Shown here piece by piece: positions 19,898 to 29,087 of a stretch of DNA of 64,000 nt. The position numbers and the translations under genes were made by a program. Source of the DNA: an uncultured Bacteroidota bacterium (GTDB lineage: Bacteria; Bacteroidota; Ignavibacteria; UBA10030; UBA8401); assembly GCA_937920105.1 (NCBI GenBank), contig CALETH010000028.1, positions 19,273 through 83,272 on the forward strand, written 5' to 3'. Below the pieces are notes generated by a model that searched no databases, was not told where the DNA came from, and saw nothing but the letters and a program-made list of their open reading frames with translations. Positions within the stretch are counted from its first letter, which is position 1. The number at the start of each line of letters is the position of its first letter.

Positions 19898-20473
19898 ATG
19901 AACATCGGAATTTTCGGCGGAACATTTAATCCACCACACATCGGACATTTACTTGCTGCACAATCAGTACTAGAGCAAGGACAATTAGATAAAATTATTT
20001 TTGTTCCATCCTACATCACACCACATAAAAATAATGGAGAAGAAATTCTGGCACACCACCGTTTAACAATGACAAAACTTGCAATTCAAGAAAATCTATC
20101 ATTTGAATGTTCAGATATCGAAATTCAAAAACAAGGAACATCCTATACCTATCAAACATTAGAATATTTTCAACAACAATATCCAGCAGCAAAATTTTTT
20201 CTCATTATTGGAATAGATAATTTTATTACATTTGAGCAATGGAAATTTCCAGAAAAAATTTTAAAAATGGCAACTCTTCTTGTTATAAACCGTCCACCAA
20301 AACAAACAATTCCCATAACAAAAATTCCGGCAAAACACATACTCATTCCAGATATTGAAATTTCATCCACAACCATTCGCAGCCGTGTAAAAAACAATCT
20401 CCCCATTCGATATTATGTGACCCCAAAAGTAGAAGAATACATTATTAAAAACTTACTCTATAACTATGATTAA
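19898..20473 (+). CDS. nadD: Nicotinate-nucleotide adenylyltransferase
   Basis: IGIFGGTFNPPHIGHL. Confidence 0.9.
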   Translation: MNIGIFGGTFNPPHIGHLLAAQSVLEQGQLDKIIFVPSYITPHKNNGEEILAHHRLTMTKLAIQENLSFECSDIEIQKQGTSYTYQTLEYFQQQYPAAKFFLIIGIDNFITFEQWKFPEKILKMATLLVINRPPKQTIPITKIPAKHILIPDIEISSTTIRSRVKNNLPIRYYVTPKVEEYIIKNLLYNYD

Positions 20474-20490
20474 ATGATGTGTATGATGGA

Positions 20491-20535
20491 ATGAAGTAGT
20501 TGAGTAGTGAAGTAGATGAGTGGATGAGATAACTA
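20491..20535. repeat. GAGTAGTG(A/G)AGTA direct-repeat block
   Basis: Sequence gaagtagttgagtagtgaagtagatgagtggatgag. Related blocks occur at 22851-22890 (reverse complement), 40921-40957 (reverse complement) and 48651-48705. Confidence 0.55.
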
Positions 20536-20791
20536 AAACCTTTAGGATTTCTGAATACTTCATTGATAATTGTTCATTGATAATTGAATTTTTGTTTGCA
20601 CGCTTTTTGTGTCCCGTGCTTTTTACGGGATTTGTTTATATATTTAACCATGATTAAAAGATTTGGAAGATTACCATGATTTTTATATTCATAGTAAATT
20701 TTCTGAGTACTCATTACTGACAACTGATTACTTTTTTCTTAATTCATAATTCTTACTTTTTTTACTCACTTAATTTTAAAGGATAATATCG

Positions 20792-22621
20792 ATGAAAAAA
20801 CTCACCCTCGCACTCTTCTTGTGCACCACCTTCGCCCTCTACGCACAAAACGGACCAGGCGGCATTGGCAAAACTGATGGCTCTTCCCCAGGACTTACTT
20901 TATGGTTAGATGCTGCAGACACAAGTACTATTACACTTATTAGCGATAGTGTTTCTCAATGGAGAGATAAAAGCGGAAAAACCAATCACACCTCTTCCAT
21001 TGCAGGAAGTCGCCCTCTCTACCAAACCAATAAATTTAATGAATTACCGGCAATACGGTTTGGCAGTGGGGGACTTTCAACTTATTTACAAACAACAAAT
21101 AATTTACCTCTTGATAATGCCACAATTTTTATTGTGTATAGAGATACACTACCCACAAATCTTACTGAACAATTAATTTCTTGTGGAACCAATACTTTAG
21201 GATTTTTTGCTAGATTAACTGGAGGTAATAATAATGTAGTAGGTTCTTTTTCGTCAGCCACAGGAATAACAGCAACATTTTCTCGTCCTGATACATCACA
21301 CATATTTATGCTACGACGGAATGGTACAACACAAGATATTTGGGGAGATGGACTTCAAAAAGTATCAACAAGTTCTGGCAGTGTGGCTACAACATCTTCT
21401 TCTCCATTGAGAATAGGTTATAGTAGTGTTAATACTTCTCCTTTTAACGGTTGGATAAAAGAAATCATCATCTACAACTACGCACTCAACGAAGCCGAAC
21501 GTGCTTTAGTAGAAAACTACCTCTCCGCAAAATGGAACATCCCACTTATGGCTAATGATATTTATAGTGGAGATAATTCTGGTTATGATTTTAATGTTGC
21601 AGGAATTTATCTTTATAACCGAGCGTTTAATTCTTTAAATGTTGCAACTTCCGATGGGCTTACTATACGTAATAGTACATTTTTTTATGCGGACAATGAC
21701 TACATTACATTTGGACATCAACAAAGTGGTATAAATAGTGTTATTGATGTAATGATAGACCAAGGAAATGCAACCAAATGTTGGTCAAGAAATTGGTCAA
21801 TCACAAAAAATAGTCCCGACCCAACTTCAGATAGACTCATTGATATAGTATTTGATTTTAGTGATGCAGGAATGAATATTACACCAAGTGGAACATATTA
21901 TCTTCTTAAATCCAGTGATGGTACAACATGGTCAGAAGTTGCAAACCATTCTACCATACAAAATGTAGACCAAGTATTTTTTAATAATATAGAGTCAAGC
22001 AACTTTCCCACAGGAACTATTATCACCATCGGAGCAAGTAGTGCAACAGCACTTCCAGTTACACTCACCTCATTTACCGTAACACTGCAAAACAATACAC
22101 CACATCTCCAATGGCAAACTGCAAGTGAGGTTAATAGCAAAGGGTTTAATGTACAGAGGTCAGAAATCAGTAATCAGAACTCAGTTTGGAAAACAATTGG
22201 TTTTGTAGCAAGCAAAAATAGTACATCAAACTATACACAAAACTATAGTTTTATAGATAAATCTGCAATGAGTGGAAAAAATACCTACCGTCTCCAACAA
22301 ATAGATAACGATGGAAAAACTCAATACAGCCAAGAATATTCTATCACTGTTGTACCAGGTGAGTATTTTGTTTCTGAAAGTTATCCAAACCCATTCAATC
22401 CAACAACAAGTATCAACTATCAAATACCAACAAACAATCTGGTAACATTGAAAGTCTATAATTTACTCGGAGAAGAAATTGCAACATTAGTGAATGAAGA
22501 AAAACCCGCAGGAACATACAACGTCAACTTTGATGGCAGTTCACTTCCCAGTGGAATGTATTTCTACAAACTCAATGCTGGTAAGTTTTCTGAAACCAAA
22601 AAAATGATGTTGTTGAAGTAG
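20792..22621 (+). CDS. Secreted protein with a T9SS C-terminal sorting domain
   Basis: Signal peptide MKKLTLALFLCTTFALYAQ. C-terminus YPNPFNPTTSINYQIP...KVYNLLGEEIATLVN...YFYKLNAGKFSETKKMMLLK. Confidence 0.8.
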   Translation: MKKLTLALFLCTTFALYAQNGPGGIGKTDGSSPGLTLWLDAADTSTITLISDSVSQWRDKSGKTNHTSSIAGSRPLYQTNKFNELPAIRFGSGGLSTYLQTTNNLPLDNATIFIVYRDTLPTNLTEQLISCGTNTLGFFARLTGGNNNVVGSFSSATGITATFSRPDTSHIFMLRRNGTTQDIWGDGLQKVSTSSGSVATTSSSPLRIGYSSVNTSPFNGWIKEIIIYNYALNEAERALVENYLSAKWNIPLMANDIYSGDNSGYDFNVAGIYLYNRAFNSLNVATSDGLTIRNSTFFYADNDYITFGHQQSGINSVIDVMIDQGNATKCWSRNWSITKNSPDPTSDRLIDIVFDFSDAGMNITPSGTYYLLKSSDGTTWSEVANHSTIQNVDQVFFNNIESSNFPTGTIITIGASSATALPVTLTSFTVTLQNNTPHLQWQTASEVNSKGFNVQRSEISNQNSVWKTIGFVASKNSTSNYTQNYSFIDKSAMSGKNTYRLQQIDNDGKTQYSQEYSITVVPGEYFVSESYPNPFNPTTSINYQIPTNNLVTLKVYNLLGEEIATLVNEEKPAGTYNVNFDGSSLPSGMYFYKLNAGKFSETKKMMLLK

Positions 22622-22664
22622 TATCATGATTTTTAGGATTACAAGATTTATCATGATTGTGTAG

Positions 22665-22694
22665 GAGCGGATGCAAATCCGCTCTTTATTTTTT
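22665..22694 (+). terminator. Rho-independent terminator
   Basis: Sequence gagcggat-gcaa-atccgctc followed by tttatttttt. Confidence 0.75.
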
Positions 22695-22697
22695 AGA

Positions 22698-22728
22698 GAC
22701 TACAAAAGTTTTAAAAACTTTTGTAGTC
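22698..22728. repeat. 31-bp AT-centred palindrome GACTACAAAAGTTTTAAAAACTTTTGTAGTC
   Basis: Palindrome, variant of the 4557 family. It is followed by an AAACCCTGCCAG...CTGGCAGGGTTT hairpin at 22741-22787. Confidence 0.65.
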
Positions 22729-22883
22729 TTGGTAAAACAAAACCCTGCCAGATTTTAATTCGCCTGTGGCGAACTGGCAGGGTTTATTTTGTTTTTGTTT
22801 ACGAGATTCCTCACTACTCTCGGAATGACAATCATATAAATACAAAAATTCTCATCTACTCCACTACTCATCTACTCAATCAC

Positions 22884-24023
22884 TCACCTCAACAAATTTC
22901 TCGCAATAACAATGCGTTGAATTTCTGAAGTCCCTTCGTAAATTTCTGTAATTTTTGCATCACGCAAATATCTTTCTACATTATACTCACGAATGTATCC
23001 ATATCCACCATGAATTTGAATTGCTTCCAAAGCAGATTTCACTGCAGTTTTGGATGCGTATAATTTTGCCATCGCTGCTTGTTGAGAATAATTTTTTCCT
23101 GCATCTTTTAAAATTGCTGCTTGGTACACTAACATTCGTGACGCTTCTATTTCTGTTGCCATATCGGCAATTTTAAATTGTATTGCTTGAAGATGTGCAA
23201 TTGGTTGGTCAAACGCTTTTCGCTGTTTAGAATAATTTATGGAAGCATCCAAACATGCTTGAGCAATTCCAAGTGCTTGTGAACCAATACCAATGCGTCC
23301 ACCATCCAAAGTTTTCATTGCGAACTTAAAACCAAAACCCTCTTCTCCTATTCTATTGGCAACGGGAACTTTAACATCTTGAAATGCAAGCGAAACGGTA
23401 TCAGAACTTCGAATTCCTAATTTTTTTTCTTTCTTTCCAACAGAAAATCCGGGAAAATCTTTTTCTACAATAAATGCACTAATTCCGTGCGAACCTTTGG
23501 AAGCATCTGTTGTTGCCATCACTAACGCATAATCTGCATTCACACCATTAGTAATCCAATTTTTAATTCCGTTCAAAATATAATAATCACCATCTCGCAC
23601 TGCTGTAGTTCGTTGATTGGTTGCATCACTTCCTGCTTCTGGCTCAGAAAGTGCAAAAGCACCAAGTTTTTTTCCTGATGCTAACGGAACAAGATATTGT
23701 TGTTTTTGTTCTTCATTTCCAAATTGATTTATTCCATAACACACAAGTGAATTATTAACGGACATAACTACTCCGCAAGAAGCGTCAACACGAGAAATTT
23801 CTTCTACAGCAATTGCATAACTGAGCGTATCAAGTCCTGCACCACCATATTGTTCAGGAATCATCATTCCCATAAAACCAAGTTCGCCGAGTTTTTTTAC
23901 GGCTTCATGCGGAAACTCTTCTTTTTCATCTCGCACATCCGCAGTTGGTGCGAGTTCATCAACAGCAAATTGACGCGCTGTTTCTCGTATCATTTGTTGC
24001 GTTTCTGATAATTGAAATTGCAT
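22884..24023 (-). CDS. Acyl-CoA dehydrogenase (short-chain / butyryl-CoA type)
   Basis: 379 aa. MIPEQYGGAGLD...AFALSEPEAGSDA...YEGTSEIQ. Confidence 0.9.
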   Translation of the reverse strand: MQFQLSETQQMIRETARQFAVDELAPTADVRDEKEEFPHEAVKKLGELGFMGMMIPEQYGGAGLDTLSYAIAVEEISRVDASCGVVMSVNNSLVCYGINQFGNEEQKQQYLVPLASGKKLGAFALSEPEAGSDATNQRTTAVRDGDYYILNGIKNWITNGVNADYALVMATTDASKGSHGISAFIVEKDFPGFSVGKKEKKLGIRSSDTVSLAFQDVKVPVANRIGEEGFGFKFAMKTLDGGRIGIGSQALGIAQACLDASINYSKQRKAFDQPIAHLQAIQFKIADMATEIEASRMLVYQAAILKDAGKNYSQQAAMAKLYASKTAVKSALEAIQIHGGYGYIREYNVERYLRDAKITEIYEGTSEIQRIVIARNLLR

Positions 24024-24065
24024 AATACTTTACAAATTAATGAATAAAATTAATGATTTATTTTT

Positions 24066-24920
24066 CTATATTTTTTGTAATTGTTCTTTTGTCAATTCTT
24101 CTTTTCTCACTTCTCTATAATTATCTGGTTGATACATTACTTGAGCAAAATTTTTTGTAAGTAACTCTGTTTCAATAATTTTACCACTTTCAAATTTTAA
24201 TGTTTTATTTCGCCAGATTTCGTTTTTTCTATAAAAATTTTCTTCCACTTTTAAAAACTCATGTTCTTTTTCAAAAACATGATAATTATAGTCCAATTCT
24301 GTATTTATTCGCAAATCTCCATCCAAACATTTTTCTGATAACCAAAGATTTATTTGATATGTGTGAGAAGTATTATTAGTAAATTGATAATCAAGATAAT
24401 TGTAAAATATCGTTGCCCCACTTCCAAATGGAAGAACTCTTCCATCGTCAGGAAAAGGGTCAAAACTATAATGGTAACGTTCTACAACTGTTAAAGGACT
24501 ATGAATAACAAGCCAATGAAGTAAATTAGAAATCTGACACAAACCTCCACCAATTCCGGGCTTTGCTCTGCCAAAACTTAATTCCATTCCTAAAAGATAC
24601 CCTTTTCGTTTTGTCGGTAATCCAACCAATTTACAAAAAGAAAATGTTTCACCTGGCTTAATTAAAATTCCATTAATTTTTTCTATGGCAATTTTAAGAT
24701 TGGTAACTTTATTTATTTGTAATTGCATATCTGTTCCGCTCAATTTTCGCAAAAGAACAGATTGATGTTTTTTTATTCTATATGGTAATGATGTTTTTGA
24801 AAATTTTGTCGCATATCGCTTTTTTCCAAAATACCAATGGAGATAACGTCGAATTCTTTTTTCCCAAACAGAAATAAAATATAAAATTGGATGGTACTGA
24901 CTTAGTAATTTTTTCTGCAT
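24066..24920 (-). CDS. VanW-family protein
   Basis: GETFSFCKLVG...GYLLG...GGGLCQISNLL (VanW-like). Confidence 0.65.
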   Translation of the reverse strand: MQKKLLSQYHPILYFISVWEKRIRRYLHWYFGKKRYATKFSKTSLPYRIKKHQSVLLRKLSGTDMQLQINKVTNLKIAIEKINGILIKPGETFSFCKLVGLPTKRKGYLLGMELSFGRAKPGIGGGLCQISNLLHWLVIHSPLTVVERYHYSFDPFPDDGRVLPFGSGATIFYNYLDYQFTNNTSHTYQINLWLSEKCLDGDLRINTELDYNYHVFEKEHEFLKVEENFYRKNEIWRNKTLKFESGKIIETELLTKNFAQVMYQPDNYREVRKEELTKEQLQKI

Positions 24921-24929
24921 GGTATAAAA

Positions 24930-25778
24930 TTATTTGTATTCAAAAAACCCTTTTCCGGATTTTTTTCCTAAATATCCTGCAGCAACCATTTTTTTCAACA
25001 ATGGACATGGACGATATTTTGAATCTCCCAAACCATCATACAATACATTCATAATAGAAAGACATACATCTAAACCAATAAAATCCGCAAGGGTTAACGG
25101 ACCCATAGGATGATTCATTCCTAATTTCATTACCGTATCAATTGCTTCGGGAGTTGCAACGCCTTCCATCACACAATACATTGCTTCATTTAACATCGGC
25201 AACAAAATTCTGTTAGAAATAAATCCGGGATAATCATTTACTTCTACCGGAACTTTTTCTAATTTTTCTGAAAGTGTTTTTACGGTTTGATATGTTTCAT
25301 TGGAAGTTGCAAGTCCACGAATAACTTCTACCAATTTCATTATTGGTACGGGATTCATAAAGTGCATTCCAATTACTTTTTCGGGACGTTTTGTTACTGC
25401 GGCAATTTCTGTAATGGATATTGATGATGTGTTGGATGCTAAAATTGCATTCGCTGGAGCATTGGCATCTATCGTTTTAAAAATCTCCAGTTTAATATTT
25501 TTATTTTCTGTTGCGGCTTCTATAATAAGGTCTGCGTTTTTTACAGATTCGTTAAGATTTGTTTTGAGGGAAATTTTTTTAAGTGTATTTTCTTTTTGTT
25601 CGGCAGTAAGTGTTCCCTTTTTTACTTGTCGTTCTAAATTTGCAGAAATTGTGTTGAGTGCTTTTTCCAAAAATTCTTGTTTGATATCATTAAGAATGAC
25701 GTTGAAACCATATTGTGCAAAAACGTGAGCAATTCCGTTTCCCATTGTTCCTGCACCAATTACTGTAATGTTGTTCAT
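24930..25778 (-). CDS. hbd: 3-hydroxybutyryl-CoA dehydrogenase
   Basis: VIGAGTMGNGIAHVFAQ...HFMNPVPIMKLVEV. Confidence 0.9.
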   Translation of the reverse strand: MNNITVIGAGTMGNGIAHVFAQYGFNVILNDIKQEFLEKALNTISANLERQVKKGTLTAEQKENTLKKISLKTNLNESVKNADLIIEAATENKNIKLEIFKTIDANAPANAILASNTSSISITEIAAVTKRPEKVIGMHFMNPVPIMKLVEVIRGLATSNETYQTVKTLSEKLEKVPVEVNDYPGFISNRILLPMLNEAMYCVMEGVATPEAIDTVMKLGMNHPMGPLTLADFIGLDVCLSIMNVLYDGLGDSKYRPCPLLKKMVAAGYLGKKSGKGFFEYK

Positions 25779-25779
25779 A

Positions 25780-25808
25780 GAAATTCCTTATTGTGTTTTT
25801 AAGATTTT
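25780..25808. repeat. 29-bp direct repeat, copy 1 (second copy at 26295-26323)
   Basis: Both copies read gaaattccttattgtgtttttaagatttt. Copy 2 contains the last seven codons of the Fic gene (KILKTQ*). Confidence 0.85.
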
Positions 25809-25814
25809 TGTAAA

Positions 25815-26294
25815 TTACGATGGGATTTTTTGCATGTGTTTACCAATATTCCCAGTAGACCAATAATGTTCAAGTTCAAAAAAAAGTTTTAATAAATTGT
25901 CCACGACTTCTTTCGTTGAACATAATTTTGGCTTACCAAATAAACGCTGAAATAATGTATTATCTTGACGAAACCATTTTCGTGAAGAAAAACGTCCTTT
26001 ACGAGGTTGAAGATGTCCACTATCTGGTAACCAAGACGCAAAAATATTTTCGGGAGTCATAAATTTCGTACCAATCATTTCTCCATTGGAATTGCATGTA
26101 CCATAATTAATTCGAAATCTTGCCATACCATATTTATCCCATTGAATCTCAAAAATATGAACCTGTTGGTTAGCCCAACGTCGAAATACCCAAAAAAAAC
26201 GAGGTTCACGTAAGTCTACAATAAAACCACGTTCTTGAACTATAGGGAAAAAACATTGCTTAATCTCGTTTCGAAGCGGTGCAGTCTTAGCCAT
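25815..26294 (-). CDS. Hypothetical protein (159 aa)
   Basis: The ORF fills almost exactly the segment bracketed by the 29-bp direct repeats. No recognisable domain. Confidence 0.5.
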   Translation of the reverse strand: MAKTAPLRNEIKQCFFPIVQERGFIVDLREPRFFWVFRRWANQQVHIFEIQWDKYGMARFRINYGTCNSNGEMIGTKFMTPENIFASWLPDSGHLQPRKGRFSSRKWFRQDNTLFQRLFGKPKLCSTKEVVDNLLKLFFELEHYWSTGNIGKHMQKIPS

Positions 26295-26302
26295 GAAATT
26301 CC

Positions 26303-27388
26303 TTATTGTGTTTTTAAGATTTTCATAAGTTGATGATTGAGATAAAATTTTTCTTTCCCGACAATTTCACTTTTCAAAAAGCCCTTTTTTTCTAACGTTT
26401 GCAAATATGTTCCGGATGTTTTGATATTTCCTAATCCGGCTTTTTCAATAAATGTTCTTTTAGTATAAGGAAGCCGAAATAAAATTTCCAATAAATCTCG
26501 TGAATACATTTTTGGTAATTGCTTTTGAATTTTTTCTCCCATTGCTTGCATCAGATTTTCTATTTTAGCAATACGTTCTCTTCCGCTTTTTGCCGTTACT
26601 TCAATCATATCCAAAATATAAAACACCCAATCTTCCCACGCTTTTTTTTCTGTAACATTTTTTAATTTGAGATAATATTCATTTTTATTTTTTAAGATGT
26701 AACTGCTTAAATACAACGATGGAAGTTCCATCAATCCACAAAGTTGCAAATATAATAAAAGAATAATTCTTCCTGTTCTTCCATTACCATCAAAGAAGGG
26801 ATGGATTGCTTCAAATTGATAATGGATAAATGCTAATTTAATGAGTGGGTCAATTTCATCTTCAAGATGAATAAATTGTTCTAACGCTTTCAATTTTTCA
26901 CGGATAATGGTTTCACCATCTGGTGGCGTATAAATTACTTTTTGTGTTACAGGATTCTTTAATTGTGTTCCAGGGAAATTTCGTATTCCTGTTTGATTTT
27001 CTTTTATAATTCTCATCAAAGCAATAAAAAGATTTGTTGTGAGTAACGGTTTCTTTTGTATTTGCTCAACGCCATACCACAGTGCATCTTTGTAATGGAT
27101 TACTTCTTTTGTTGCAGGGTCTTCCGTTTGTTTATCAGTAATAGCAGATTTGAATAAATCATCTTGTGTGGTGATAATATTTTCAATTGCAGAACTTGCT
27201 TGTGCTTCTTGCAAGTTAATGGTATCTATAAAAAGTAATGGATTGGGTAAATTAGTGATTGCTCCTTTAAGTTCTGATAATGCCCTACTGGATGAAATAA
27301 GTTTTTTAAGAATGGCTTTTGTTTCTATATTAATTTTGGGTGGTAAATCTGGTAAAGCGTTGTAAGGTTTTAAAGGATTATAATTCAT
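26303..27388 (-). CDS. Fic-family protein (AMPylator type) with an N-terminal Fic_N inhibitory helix
   Basis: HPFFDGNGRTGRIILL Fic motif and an S-SAIEN [S/T]xxxE[G/N] inhibitory motif. Start set at MNYNPLKPYN (ATG 27388). The ORF-track N-terminal extension translates terminator hairpins. Confidence 0.85.
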   Translation of the reverse strand: MNYNPLKPYNALPDLPPKINIETKAILKKLISSSRALSELKGAITNLPNPLLFIDTINLQEAQASSAIENIITTQDDLFKSAITDKQTEDPATKEVIHYKDALWYGVEQIQKKPLLTTNLFIALMRIIKENQTGIRNFPGTQLKNPVTQKVIYTPPDGETIIREKLKALEQFIHLEDEIDPLIKLAFIHYQFEAIHPFFDGNGRTGRIILLLYLQLCGLMELPSLYLSSYILKNKNEYYLKLKNVTEKKAWEDWVFYILDMIEVTAKSGRERIAKIENLMQAMGEKIQKQLPKMYSRDLLEILFRLPYTKRTFIEKAGLGNIKTSGTYLQTLEKKGFLKSEIVGKEKFYLNHQLMKILKTQ

Positions 27389-27428
27389 ACAATATTTTTC
27401 TAAAAAATGCTGTTTTTTTGTATTTCCG

Positions 27429-27493
27429 AACGAGGGCAAAAAATCGCTTTTTTTGCCCTCGTTTAAAAAACGAGGGCGTTTGTTGCCCTCGTT
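27429..27493 (-). terminator. Two tandem hairpins sharing GCCCTCGTT arms; likely terminator of the aminotransferase gene
   Basis: First hairpin aacgagggc-aaaaaatcgcttttttt-gccctcgtt. Second hairpin aacgagggc-gtttgtt-gccctcgtt. Confidence 0.5.
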
Positions 27494-27508
27494 CAAAAAT
27501 AATATTAT

Positions 27509-28840
27509 TTACATATTTTTTAATATTTCGCTAATACTTTTTAATCCTTCACTCAATTCTTCTTTTTGAATAATCAATGGAGTTCTAAAGCGAATAGATT
27601 TTTCTCCACATCCTAAAAGAATAACTCCGCGTTCGTACATTGTTTTTCGAAATTCATTTCTGTGTTCTACAGTATCAAAATCCATTGCACACATTAAACC
27701 ACGTCCGCGTGGATTAGAAATGAGTTTAGGAAATTCTTGTGAAAGTGATTGAAGTTCTTGTAATAAAAACTCACCTTGAACTTTTGCATTTTCTACTAAT
27801 TGTTCTTCTTCAATGATTTCCATAATTTTTGTGAAGCGAACCATATCAACCAAATTTCCACCAAAGGTAGAATTTATTCTGCTTGCTTTATGAAAAACAT
27901 TTTCCGGAACATCATCTATTTTTTTGCTGCTCATAAAACCACAGATGTGTGTTTTCTTTCCAAAGGACATTAAATCCGGTTGCACAAAATATTCGTGTAC
28001 CCACATTTTTCCTGTTAAACCAATTCCCGTTTGCACTTCATCAAAAATTAAGAGAATTTCATTTTCATCGCAAAGTTGGCGAAGTTGCAATAAAAATTCT
28101 TTGCGAAAATGATTATCTCCACCTTCGGCTTGAATTGGTTCAATAATTAAGGCAGCAATATCATCTGGATTTTTTTTAATTGCTTCTTTAATTTGCTGAA
28201 TTGCTGTTTGTTCTTCTTTTTCTACTTTTTTTAAATTTTCTTCTGTAAAAGGAAATTGCATTGCGGGATTGTGAATTCTTGGCCATTGAAATTTCGGAAA
28301 ATAATTTGTCTTAACAGGGTCTGTATTAGTTAATGAAATTGTATAACCACTGCGTCCGTGAAAGGCCTGACGAAAATGAATAACTTGCATTCCCTTTTCT
28401 TCTTTATATCCTTTTGCAAAATTTTTTCGCACCTTCCAATCAAAAGCCGTTTTCATTGCATTTTCATTGGCTAATGCACCACCATCAACAAAAAAAACAT
28501 AAGGTAAATATTGCGGCTGAACTACACGAGCAAATGTTTCTGCAAATTCTGCCATTTCCACTGTATAGACATCAGAATTGGATGGTTTATTCACAGCAAC
28601 ATCAGCAAGTTTTTCTTTAAACTCTTTTGATGTGAGTTTTGGATGATTCATTCCTAATGCGGATGAACCAAAAAAAGAGAAAAAATCTAAAAACCATTTT
28701 TTATTTTTTGAATCGTAGAGACGGCAACCTTGACTTTTTTTCAAATCCAACACCATACCAAAACCATCTGCCAACATGTGTTTTGAAAGTGTAGTATGAA
28801 CTTCTTGAGGTTGAATTGTGATATGAGAGAACGTTTTCAT
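27509..28840 (-). CDS. Class III PLP-dependent aminotransferase (possibly L-lysine 6-aminotransferase-like)
   Basis: 443 aa with the general class III aminotransferase layout. The lysine assignment is a guess from the N-terminal similarity. Confidence 0.6.
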   Translation of the reverse strand: MKTFSHITIQPQEVHTTLSKHMLADGFGMVLDLKKSQGCRLYDSKNKKWFLDFFSFFGSSALGMNHPKLTSKEFKEKLADVAVNKPSNSDVYTVEMAEFAETFARVVQPQYLPYVFFVDGGALANENAMKTAFDWKVRKNFAKGYKEEKGMQVIHFRQAFHGRSGYTISLTNTDPVKTNYFPKFQWPRIHNPAMQFPFTEENLKKVEKEEQTAIQQIKEAIKKNPDDIAALIIEPIQAEGGDNHFRKEFLLQLRQLCDENEILLIFDEVQTGIGLTGKMWVHEYFVQPDLMSFGKKTHICGFMSSKKIDDVPENVFHKASRINSTFGGNLVDMVRFTKIMEIIEEEQLVENAKVQGEFLLQELQSLSQEFPKLISNPRGRGLMCAMDFDTVEHRNEFRKTMYERGVILLGCGEKSIRFRTPLIIQKEELSEGLKSISEILKNM

Positions 28841-29087
28841 AGTTTTACCTTTTGAGATTAGAGTTTATAAAATTCTTGTTTTTGAATAATACAATACCAT
28901 CTCTTTTCTCAAAAGAATTCTTGATGCTCGTATAACGATATGATATAGGGACGTCCTAACATAAGAGAAATGTTTTCTTTAATTTAAGAAATTTTTTGAA
29001 GGAAAAACAGATTATCACCTACAAAATACAAAGGTTCAACAAAGTATTGTTGAACCTTATCACAAAAAAAAATCTTTTTATTTTATT

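Noticed and set aside
22622-22883. The 262-bp gap after the 20792-22621 T9SS gene, considered as a possible small RNA gene or tRNA
   Set aside because: It resolves into a canonical terminator plus three repeat-family modules (AT-centred palindrome, GGCAGGGTTT hairpin, GAGTA block). No tRNA-like cloverleaf could be folded by eye.
27389-27496. N-terminal 36-codon extension of the Fic ORF in the track (MNEGNKRPRFLNEGKKSDFLPSFGN...)
   Set aside because: The extension is the translation of the tandem GCCCTCGTT hairpins downstream of the aminotransferase gene. The Fic_N domain begins at the internal Met.
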